Source of the DNA: Dehalococcoidia bacterium
Lineage (GTDB): Bacteria > Chloroflexota > Dehalococcoidia > Plut-88900
Length of the DNA: 64,000 bases
Assembly: GCA_965197585.1 (NCBI GenBank)
Contig: OZ240215.1
Span: 2,336,001-2,400,000 of the forward strand
Direction: 5' to 3'
The stretch's first letter is position 1; each line of letters starts with the position of its first letter. Both the position numbers and the translations under genes were made by a program. Shown here one piece after another: positions 9,252 through 17,075 of this stretch. The notes beneath the pieces are model-generated. The model did no database searches. It worked only from the letters and a program-made list of their open reading frames with translations, and had not been told where the DNA came from.

Positions 9252-10598
9252 TCATCCCTCGAGGGGACGGTCCCAGACAGGGTCCCCCCAGATGACCATG
9301 TCGTCGCCCACCTTCTTGTAGCCCGTGTTGGCTAACCTGGGGAATTCAGGGTAGGCGCCTTCCATTGGCTTGACCGCCCTCATGCCGCCCAAAACAACGG
9401 GCGCGACGGTTAGCACCACGTGGTCTACCAACCGCTCGGTGAAGAAGCTGGTAATGACCCGAGCCCCTCCTTCCACCATGACGCTCCCGACAGACTCGCT
9501 CGCAAGGAGGGCCAAAAGGGCAGGCAAATCGACCCAACCCCTGCTGTTGGACGGAATGCACAGGACGCGGGCCCCTGCTTCCTCCAGGGCCTTTATCCTA
9601 TCTGTAGATGCCTGCTCCGTAGTTGCGATCCAGGGTCGCAGGTTGCTGCCCCCAAGGAGTTGGGCATCAATTGGAAACCTCAGCTTGCTGTCCAGGATTA
9701 CGGGTTGGGGTTGTACCCCTTTAGCAAGCCTGACCGTTAACCCCGGGTCATCCGCTAGCACGGTCCCGATGCCGACCAATATGGCATCGTGGACACCCCG
9801 AACGCTGTGGGTCATCGCCTCGGACTCCGGACTGCTGAGGCGGATTGGGCTGCCCGGCTTCACGGCAATGCAGCCGTCGAGGCTCTGGGCATAAGACAGG
9901 GTTACCGAAGGAATACCCGACTCCGCGTTGCGTCTCTTCGTCTCGCGAGGTGTGTGAGATGTCCCATTCGCCCCCGACTCCATCTGCTTCGGCAAGGACG
10001 GCAGGTCCAGGAGATGGCCGAGACGGGAAGCCTTGGTCTCTATGTAGTCCTTGTTTTCAACAGTGATACGCGGCTGAAGGGCCTCCCTGGACGACACCTC
10101 GATACCGAACTTCTTCAGCCCGTCGATCTTTGAAGGATTATTGGTGAGCACCCGTACGGACTTGACGCCGATGTCCTTCAGAATGAGCGCTGCAACTTCG
10201 TAGTCGCGCAGGTCGGCGACGTGACCCAGGAGGATGTTGGCGTCGACAGTGTCGTAGCCCACGTCTTGAAGGTTGTAAGCCTTTAGCTTTTCCAGAAGCC
10301 CGATACCCCGGCCTTCCTGGCGCAGATAAAGGACCACACCCTGCCCCTCTGCCGCTATGCGCTGAATCGAAAGATTGAGCTGGCTGCCGCAATCGCAGCG
10401 CATGGACCCGAGGACGTCTCCGGTAAAGCACTCGGAGTGGACGCGCACCAGCACATCTTCCTCATCGGTGACGTCACCCGTGACTAGAGCAACGTGCTCC
10501 TTGTCGTCCAGGTTGTTCGAGTAATAGAAGAGACGGAACTCGGCAACGGGAGTGGGGATTCGGGCGGAAACTTTTCTTTCGATGGTCAGCGTTTGCAT
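9252..10598 (-). CDS. ribA: GTP cyclohydrolase II fused to a RibD C-terminal reductase domain
   Basis: RVHSECFTGD..RCDCG, QEGRGIGL, LTNNP; C-terminal YAQSLDG, GIGTVLADDP, VEGG. Confidence 0.9.
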   Translation of the reverse strand: MQTLTIERKVSARIPTPVAEFRLFYYSNNLDDKEHVALVTGDVTDEEDVLVRVHSECFTGDVLGSMRCDCGSQLNLSIQRIAAEGQGVVLYLRQEGRGIGLLEKLKAYNLQDVGYDTVDANILLGHVADLRDYEVAALILKDIGVKSVRVLTNNPSKIDGLKKFGIEVSSREALQPRITVENKDYIETKASRLGHLLDLPSLPKQMESGANGTSHTPRETKRRNAESGIPSVTLSYAQSLDGCIAVKPGSPIRLSSPESEAMTHSVRGVHDAILVGIGTVLADDPGLTVRLAKGVQPQPVILDSKLRFPIDAQLLGGSNLRPWIATTEQASTDRIKALEEAGARVLCIPSNSRGWVDLPALLALLASESVGSVMVEGGARVITSFFTERLVDHVVLTVAPVVLGGMRAVKPMEGAYPEFPRLANTGYKKVGDDMVIWGDPVWDRPLEG

Positions 10599-10599
10599 G

Positions 10600-10807
10600 G
10601 GACTCTACAGGTCATAGAAGGATAAAGGATACAAGGGCAACTAATGGGGTTGTCCGGCAAAGTTCCACATTGGTCGGCAATCGGGTCTCGTTATTTGCGG
10701 TTATCGTGGAACGCCGGGACTATGGACTTGGCTCCGCGCAGAACTGAATTGTCCTGCAAAGAAGCGCCTCCAAGTCAATTATTATACTGATAGAACAAAA
10801 CTGTCAA
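10600..10807 (-). promoter_or_regulatory. Promoter (TTGACA..TATAAT) and ~175-nt structured 5' leader of the ribA-ribD operon
   Basis: Minus-strand TTGACA 10807-10802 and TATAAT 10786-10781 (short 15-nt spacer); stems GACTTGG/CCAAGTC and GTTCCAC/GTGGAAC. Confidence 0.5.
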
Positions 10808-10842
10808 ATTGAGGAGGGAGCAGGTCCTACAGAAAATTGTGG

Positions 10843-11745
10843 TTACGGCACAAAGATGGGCTGAGTCCAGGCCCGGGACCCGTCTGAGCCAAGCACCCGA
10901 GCCCTAACGTATCCCTCGTCCCCCCGCACGTCGTATGAAGCCCGGAGCCCGTACTCACGGTCCAGCACTCGTCCGCCCCGCGTGACAAACTCGGTGTCGT
11001 AGGCCATGTGCCACTCTTGGCAGATTGCAAGCTCAATTCTGTCCTGAGTTATGACCAGCTCGTCCAGCACAACGCCCGTGGAGGAATAGAACGCCCCCGA
11101 CTCCAGGGCTTCCACTACAGCGTCCCGCTCCAGCACCGGTGCATCGACTATCACCCACCCTCTGCCGGGATTGGCCAGGCTCGGCTTGAAGTCACCCTGA
11201 AAGTGGTGGGAATCATCCACCGCTACGCCGAATATGGGACGGCTGGCGGTGAGCACCATGTCCCAGATCTCCTCACAGCCCGGGCGTCCTCCACCCCCAT
11301 AGTTGTTGAGTACGTTATTACCGTTGAATATCTCCAGCAGATTCGCCCCCGAGACCTGCACTATGTGCCGGTCGTCATAGGCCCACGTATAGTTGGGATG
11401 ATTCAGCGATACGATTCCACCGGCTGCGTGGACGGCATCGATGTTGGCCTGTAGGGTCGGGACGATATCACCGGCGTCCACGGGCTCCACGTAACTCCTG
11501 ATCCCAATCGCACCCAGGTGAATCGATGTCTCCCCACGATTTAGCTCCACCGACACCTCTTCCCCTGGGATCATCAAAGGCCCTTCTACCCCACCACTCC
11601 CGTGCTCTAGAAGCGTCACGTGGTTATGGTCGGTCAGAACCAGGAAGTCGTAGCCGTTTCGCCGGTACCAGTCCACGGCGACTTCGGGCTCGGAGTCACC
11701 GTCGGAGCGGGTGGTGTGGGTGTGTATGTTTCCCTTGAACCACAC
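10843..11745 (-). CDS. PHP-domain metallohydrolase (CehA/McbA-like)
   Basis: WFKGNIHTHT..SDG, TDHNH, NHP, DDSH; likely GTG start at 11745 just after the upstream stop. Confidence 0.85.
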   Translation of the reverse strand: MWFKGNIHTHTTRSDGDSEPEVAVDWYRRNGYDFLVLTDHNHVTLLEHGSGGVEGPLMIPGEEVSVELNRGETSIHLGAIGIRSYVEPVDAGDIVPTLQANIDAVHAAGGIVSLNHPNYTWAYDDRHIVQVSGANLLEIFNGNNVLNNYGGGGRPGCEEIWDMVLTASRPIFGVAVDDSHHFQGDFKPSLANPGRGWVIVDAPVLERDAVVEALESGAFYSSTGVVLDELVITQDRIELAICQEWHMAYDTEFVTRGGRVLDREYGLRASYDVRGDEGYVRARVLGSDGSRAWTQPIFVP

Positions 11746-11749
11746 CGTG

Positions 11750-12850
11750 CTAGTTGTGGCAGCCCCTGGCCGTGATGTCCCAGACGGCTTCCACTGAGCC
11801 ATCCCGCACGGCGACGTACTGGTCCCAGCGATTGGTCAACATGTCCTGCTGCCCGCTGATGAGCGCCAACTTATCCCCGACCTCCGGCGTCGGGCCTCCG
11901 TCGCACTTGAAGACTATGTGCTCCTCGTGCAGTGCTTCAGCAGTCAGATACGGCATGTCTTCGACGAAGGGCTTGACTCCTCCCGGCGAAGCAAGCGCCC
12001 GTGACCCGACATCCGCCACGACTATCCCGGGTCTCGGAGCGCTGACAACCGTGCACAGGATTTTTGCAGCGTAGCGAAGGTCGTCCATATAGTCGAAATT
12101 GTGGGACATCAGGGCATACGTGCCCCCTTCCACCTCCGTTACGCCGGGGATGGTGGCGGCAACGTCGATAGTGAAGGTCTCCCCCGATGACACAACCTCT
12201 ACGGGGATGCCCTCGGCTTCTATCGCATCCTTCACGTCGAGGCACTGCTGGATGTATTTGCGGCCCCAGATGTAGCGGGTCTCCCTGTCGGGTGAGCCGT
12301 CCAGGGTCTGGTGACTCATCACTCCCTTGAAATCGACCCCCGGCAGCGAGTGGGCAAGCTTGGCCAGCTCGACGCCCTGCTCCTTGTTCCGTATACCTGC
12401 CCGTCCCATCGACGTGTCGACTTCAATCACCACCCCGATGTTGACGCCCCGCTCGGAGGCTATCCGAGATAGATTCCGAACGTTCTCCGCGTTATCTATT
12501 CCAACCGTAACCTTGGCCCGTTCGGCCACGGAGCACAGGCGGGTGATCTTGTCGTCGGTTACCACTTGGTTCGGAATGAGAATATCTTCTATTCCGCCTT
12601 CCGTCATAACCTCCGCCTCGGCAACTTTGGCCGTGCAGACCCCCCCGACCGTGCCACCCTCCCGGATCTGTAAATGTGCCACGATCGGGCTCTTGGTGTT
12701 CTTCACGTGGGCCCGCATCTTGCATTGGGAGTCCTTGTAGGTCTCGGCAACGAAGCGGTAGTTGTGCTCCAGTGCCTCCATGTCGATCATGAGGCATGGC
12801 GTGTCGAGCTCTTGAATCGAAGTGCCGACGGCGGGTCTGTAGTTCTCCAA
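11750..12850 (-). CDS. DSD1/D-threonine aldolase family PLP enzyme (alanine racemase fold)
   Basis: LDTP, RAHVKNTKS (PLP Lys), EVDTSMGRAG, EEH. Confidence 0.85.
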   Translation of the reverse strand: MENYRPAVGTSIQELDTPCLMIDMEALEHNYRFVAETYKDSQCKMRAHVKNTKSPIVAHLQIREGGTVGGVCTAKVAEAEVMTEGGIEDILIPNQVVTDDKITRLCSVAERAKVTVGIDNAENVRNLSRIASERGVNIGVVIEVDTSMGRAGIRNKEQGVELAKLAHSLPGVDFKGVMSHQTLDGSPDRETRYIWGRKYIQQCLDVKDAIEAEGIPVEVVSSGETFTIDVAATIPGVTEVEGGTYALMSHNFDYMDDLRYAAKILCTVVSAPRPGIVVADVGSRALASPGGVKPFVEDMPYLTAEALHEEHIVFKCDGGPTPEVGDKLALISGQQDMLTNRWDQYVAVRDGSVEAVWDITARGCHN

Positions 12851-12874
12851 GGTTTACCTCCGTGAGGCCAGGGC

Positions 12875-13984
12875 TTACCTGTAAAGCCCCCGGCCCGTGA
12901 TCTGCCAGACCGTCTCCAGCTTCCCGTCCCTGACCGCATGCATATAGTCGTACAGGTTTGCGCACGTCCCGATATCCGATGGGACAAGCCAGACGTGGTC
13001 GCCCATATGCAGTTTCTCAGCCTCATCATCGTGGAGCGTAAGGCTGCCATGCTCGGCGCTGAGTGATTTAAGGGTTGCGTTGACATCGACATCCAAAGCG
13101 GCGAGTCCAGTGTCGGCTCCCACCGCCTTCTGACCGGTGTCGGTGATGGCCAGGCCCGGCTCCGGGCGGCTGGTTACCGTGGCCATGATCCGGGCCGCGG
13201 GTCTGAGTTCGGGTCGCTGGGGCGCGTACCGGCAATCCAGCAGAGCGTAGGCTCCTGCACAAACCTCGGTGATGCCCGGGACGGCGCCCATGATCTCGTA
13301 GTTATGCGTCCCGCCCGCCGACAGCACCTCTACGTTCAGCCCCGACTCCTCCGCCATCCTCTTGGTCTCAACCAACATCGAGGCAACATCCTGAGATTCA
13401 TCGGCTAGCTTGCCAGGGTCATCGGATGAAAGCCGACCCTCGTAGGTGGCAAACCCGGCAAATACAAGGCCCTCAAGCCTTTCAATCGCCTGGGCAATGT
13501 CCACAGCCGCATGCCCTGGTTCGACACCGCAGACGTGCAGACCAGTGTCTATTCCCACAACCGCCCTAAGGGTGACTCCGAGGGACGCTGCGGCGTTGGA
13601 GATAACCTCGGCATTGCGTGCGTTGTCCACGTAGACAGTTATCGAGACGCGTCGCGCCAGGCGGCACAACCTCTCTATCTTCAGCCCGGTGACTATCGGA
13701 TTGGCGATGAAAATATCTTTGATACCGTCGTTGGCGAAATGCTCTGCCAGTCCGACCGTGTTCACCGAAATCCCCCCCACCGTCCCCTCCGAGGCCAATT
13801 GCAAACTCGCTATTGCCGGACACCGGTGCGTCTCAACGTGGGGCCTCAGCCCCACATCCCGCCCCCGAAAGAAGGAATGTACCGTCTCAATGTTCTGGTC
13901 CAGAGCATCGAGATCGATAACCAGGGCAGGCGTGTCCAGCTTTTCGACTGGCGTGCCGGGTGCTTTGAAAATTGGGCGTTCCAT
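12875..13984 (-). CDS. DSD1/D-threonine aldolase family paralogue lacking the PLP lysine
   Basis: LDTPAL, RPHVETHRC (K replaced by E), SAGGT, SAEHG. Confidence 0.8.
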   Translation of the reverse strand: MERPIFKAPGTPVEKLDTPALVIDLDALDQNIETVHSFFRGRDVGLRPHVETHRCPAIASLQLASEGTVGGISVNTVGLAEHFANDGIKDIFIANPIVTGLKIERLCRLARRVSITVYVDNARNAEVISNAAASLGVTLRAVVGIDTGLHVCGVEPGHAAVDIAQAIERLEGLVFAGFATYEGRLSSDDPGKLADESQDVASMLVETKRMAEESGLNVEVLSAGGTHNYEIMGAVPGITEVCAGAYALLDCRYAPQRPELRPAARIMATVTSRPEPGLAITDTGQKAVGADTGLAALDVDVNATLKSLSAEHGSLTLHDDEAEKLHMGDHVWLVPSDIGTCANLYDYMHAVRDGKLETVWQITGRGLYR

Positions 13985-14069
13985 AAGTTTGTATAAGTGG
14001 TCAGGGGTGAATTGGAAACCTTGAACTATGGAGCGAGAATATTATACCCCCTTGAGGGCGTCCACACAC

Positions 14070-14430
14070 TAAGACCTTTCCATAAACCCCACCCCCTCCC
14101 CCGTCATTCCGGCCCCCGAGCCGGTAGAAGATGCTGCAAGCGGAACGTCCGCCTCGGGAGGATGCGCCTGTGGCGTGCGCCGAGGCGTGAATCCATCCTT
14201 GGGGTGGGGCCGTTCACCCTGTCGTAGATCCGCCGAGGCGGGAGCACCGTCGAAGGGCCGAGCGGGGGGCGGCCCACCACTGCAAATCCGTCGCGTCCCT
14301 AGAAAGCCACCCCACCCCTTTCTCCCCCGTCATTCCTGCGGAGGCAGGTCGCAGATGCGCCAAGGCGTGAACCCATCCCTCCTGAAGGCGCACCTCCCGC
14401 CGAGCCGGAATCCATCCCCTCTCCCGTAGC
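14070..14430. repeat. REP-like palindrome cluster with nested 21-22-nt micro-insertions
   Basis: 14096-14297 aligns with 33865-33975 once inserts at 14125-14189 and 14222-14242 are removed; another insert at 14349-14369. Confidence 0.75.
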
Positions 14431-14504
14431 CCTCACCTCCGCGAAAACTCACCTTCCGCCTCTACCGCATCAAGCCATGTCCAGCCAAATGTGACACGAA
14501 CCCC

Positions 14505-14534
14505 TTGACCAAAGCAAAACACATGTACTATATT
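14505..14534 (+). promoter_or_regulatory. sigma70-type promoter TTGACC-N18-TATATT with SOS-box-like AAAC-ACAT-GTAC
   Basis: Conserved ahead of all three RNA-like loci. Confidence 0.65.
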
Positions 14535-14539
14535 CACTC

Positions 14540-15120
14540 CCGACTGGCCAGTTACCCACCCCAAGGCCAAGGAGGAACCACAACCCAGGGGGAACACCAT
14601 CCCCGGCCCCCGAGGACTCAACGTCCCAGCCCATCCCAAAGAGCGGCGTTAGCCGCTCCCAGGCTCAAGCGAAAGCCGCCATCTCCTCACCTAAAGGCCC
14701 CGGCTCACCCCCCCCCAACCATCAGGCGATGGAAGGTCCATCGACTCTACGCGGCATGTAGGCTTACGAGACCAGCCTACTCGACGCACCACTCACCCGG
14801 CGCGTTCGAGTCAACGCTATGCGCATAGCACGCGAATATACGGAGCCCTCCATTGCAGGGCTAGGCTAGGGGCCTTCGTGCCCCCGGCATACTCCACCGC
14901 CGTTCCCTTCGGAGGTCCCCACCCAGCGGCGGAAGTGAGTAGGCGCTCCCATCCCTCCGAATGGTCGAGCGCAGGCTTGTGGACGAGACACCCCGCCTCT
15001 CTCGCCCGCCTCAGCAAAGACACGTGGGGTAATCGCAGGCTGGTCTCCCGCCCCTGCCCAAGAGTCTCGGACCTTCCATCGCCTACCCCCCAATAACCAA
15101 ACCAAACCCGGAACCCCAAT
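14540..15120 (+). ncRNA. Putative large structured ncRNA, copy 1 (unknown family)
   Basis: Homologous to 34040-34680 and 63016-63643(-); covarying hairpins; perfect 16-bp inverted repeat 14724-14739 / 15069-15084; no conserved ORF. Confidence 0.7.
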
Positions 15121-15179
15121 CGAAGATCCGCCTCAGGAGGACTTAATAACCCCAAGCCCGTAGCGGTGACGTAGGCAAA

Positions 15180-15893
15180 CTACCTGAACTCCCTTGCCCA
15201 CAGTGCCTGCAGGATGGGCACCTCGTCCAGTTTATCCCCCAAGTCTTCCCAAATTATCCCCGTTGGCCTGTGAAATCCTCCTTCACACGCCACCAACTCC
15301 TCCGGCGTTCCTATGTAGTCCAGGGAAATATCGTGAGATGTCATGGGCAGCTCTTCCGACAAAAGCTGCACAGGATGAACGGTAGTTACTATCGGCGTAC
15401 TCTTAGATATCAGGCCTAGGGTCAAGGCAACAGCGTATTCAAGGTCCGAATACCCGCCGCCCTTGCCCAGCCGAGCCCCTTTCCTGTTCACCGCCACCGA
15501 CCCGCAGACAATCAGGTCAATGCGCTGCATTTCATCAGGGTGCACGAGCCTGCCTAGCTGTGCAGCGCCCTTGATGCTGCTGGCCAACCGGTAGTCGCTG
15601 ATACGGGCCGGGTCCAGTTCAACGAAGCACTTCTCCTGCGTGAGCCGGGGCACGGCCATGTAGACGGTCTTACCCTGCTCCAGGGCGAGCCTTCTCAGGG
15701 GCCTCTGAGGCAGATCGGGGTTCGACTTAATCACCCGGGCGTTCTTCCATATCTCCAACTCGGCAAGCTGAAGATGTGCCCGACCCGAGCCCGTGAAGTT
15801 TGGTATCCGACCCACGGCTCCCGGAAACGCGGCGACACCCGCATCCCTCATCGACTGCCACACATCCTTCCGTATTTCGTCCTTGTCTCTCAT
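15180..15893 (-). CDS. 5-formyltetrahydrofolate cyclo-ligase family (MTHFSD-like)
   Basis: GRIPNF, NPDLPQ, GARLGKGGGYSDLEY, HDISLD. Confidence 0.9.
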   Translation of the reverse strand: MRDKDEIRKDVWQSMRDAGVAAFPGAVGRIPNFTGSGRAHLQLAELEIWKNARVIKSNPDLPQRPLRRLALEQGKTVYMAVPRLTQEKCFVELDPARISDYRLASSIKGAAQLGRLVHPDEMQRIDLIVCGSVAVNRKGARLGKGGGYSDLEYAVALTLGLISKSTPIVTTVHPVQLLSEELPMTSHDISLDYIGTPEELVACEGGFHRPTGIIWEDLGDKLDEVPILQALWAREFR

Positions 15894-15977
15894 TACGTGT
15901 CTCCGCCCAAATTATAGTCTCGTCCCCTCCTGCAAAGCAGGCCCGGTCCACCGTTTCCCTGTGATATATTCGCTGCC

Positions 15978-17036
15978 ATGAGTATCCCCTTTCAGACCAC
16001 CGTAATCGGTAGCCTCCCCAAACCGCCTTGGCTTTATGATTCTTCCGGCTTTTCTACGAAAGTGAAAGGGCTACACGGCAAGGGTGGTACGTGGGCCTAT
16101 TCTGGGGAGGAGCTTCGGGAGGCGCATGACGACGCCGTTAGGCTTGCCATCGGCATGCAGGAGTCAGCCGGGCTTGACGAGATGACCGACGGCGAGCAAA
16201 GACGCGAGTCCTACCTGAGCTACGTGGTGCGAAGGCTAAACGGCTTCGACTACGAGAATTTTGGGGAGAAGTGGGTAAGAGGCGGGAGACGCTTGGCCCA
16301 GGTAGGCCGATGCACCGGCCCCATCACCTGGCCGTGCCCCATGCTGGTCGAAGACCTGCGCTTCACGATTAAACACTCTCGCACACCGGTAAAGGTAACC
16401 CTCCCAGGCCCGATGACCGTCTGCGATTCCATCCTCGACGAATTTTACGGCAACGAAGAGTCCATGGCCATGGCCGTCGCTGATGCACTAAACATGGAGG
16501 CGAAAGCCCTGGCGTTGGAGGGCGCGTCGGTAGTCCAGTTCGACGAGCCCGTCTTCAGCCGATACCCGGATAAGGTTCTTGCCTGGGGTATCGAGGCCCT
16601 GGACAGATCGGCACACGGGGTGAACGCTCAGACCGCAGTGCACGTGTGCTATAGCTACCCCCTTCCCGGAGTCCCCCGCCCCATAGTGCCTAGCTACCCG
16701 ACTATCCTCCCGGCCCTCGAGCACTCTTCAATAAATCAGCTAGCCCTGGAATTCGAAGCGCCGATGCTCTCCGTCGATCTCCTGGCCCTGTGCCCCTCCA
16801 AGACCGTACTCTTCGGGTGCATAACCAACACGTCGGAAGAGGTGGAAGATGCGGATCGAATAGCCAACCGACTCCTGGAAGCGGCCAAGTGCCATCCCGC
16901 TGATCAACTGAAAGTCGCTCCCGACTGCGGTCTCATCCCCGTCTCTGGAGCATCAGCTAGAAGCAAATTGAGGGCGTTGGTGGAAGGAGCTCGGCTAGCA
17001 AGAGCGAGGCTGACTAAGAAGTCTCCCAAGGATTGA
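15978..17036 (+). CDS. Cobalamin-independent methionine synthase II family protein
   Basis: TTVIGSLPKP, TDGEQRR, LPGP, QFDEP, HVC and PDCG Zn ligands. Confidence 0.9.
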   Translation: MSIPFQTTVIGSLPKPPWLYDSSGFSTKVKGLHGKGGTWAYSGEELREAHDDAVRLAIGMQESAGLDEMTDGEQRRESYLSYVVRRLNGFDYENFGEKWVRGGRRLAQVGRCTGPITWPCPMLVEDLRFTIKHSRTPVKVTLPGPMTVCDSILDEFYGNEESMAMAVADALNMEAKALALEGASVVQFDEPVFSRYPDKVLAWGIEALDRSAHGVNAQTAVHVCYSYPLPGVPRPIVPSYPTILPALEHSSINQLALEFEAPMLSVDLLALCPSKTVLFGCITNTSEEVEDADRIANRLLEAAKCHPADQLKVAPDCGLIPVSGASARSKLRALVEGARLARARLTKKSPKD

Positions 17037-17067
17037 AGACATCGGAATCTGGGAGATAACCCGTCAT
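17014..17067 (-). pseudogene. PIN/VapC toxin remnant (internally deleted)
   Basis: Reads MTGYLPDSDV-FNPWETS*: a PIN-like N-terminus joined directly to the typical FNPW C-terminus, just downstream of the antitoxin. Confidence 0.6.
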
Positions 17068-17075
17068 TCGTCGTC

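Noticed and set aside
14724-14745. GGCGATGG as a fluoride riboswitch
   Set aside because: Lacks the following GTTCGCC pairing and any fluoride-related gene; it is one arm of the long-range stem.
14505-14828. ORFs over the RNA-like loci (14505-14828, 34254-34754, 63432-63650) sharing RTQRxSPSQR
   Set aside because: Starts, lengths and frames differ between copies. The SD-like AAGGAGG has no following start codon, and substitutions preserve base pairs rather than codons.
14491-15120. Repeated loci as DGR template/variable repeats or a canonical retron
   Set aside because: Differences are not adenine-specific and no reverse transcriptase is encoded in the window; a trans-acting RT elsewhere cannot be excluded.
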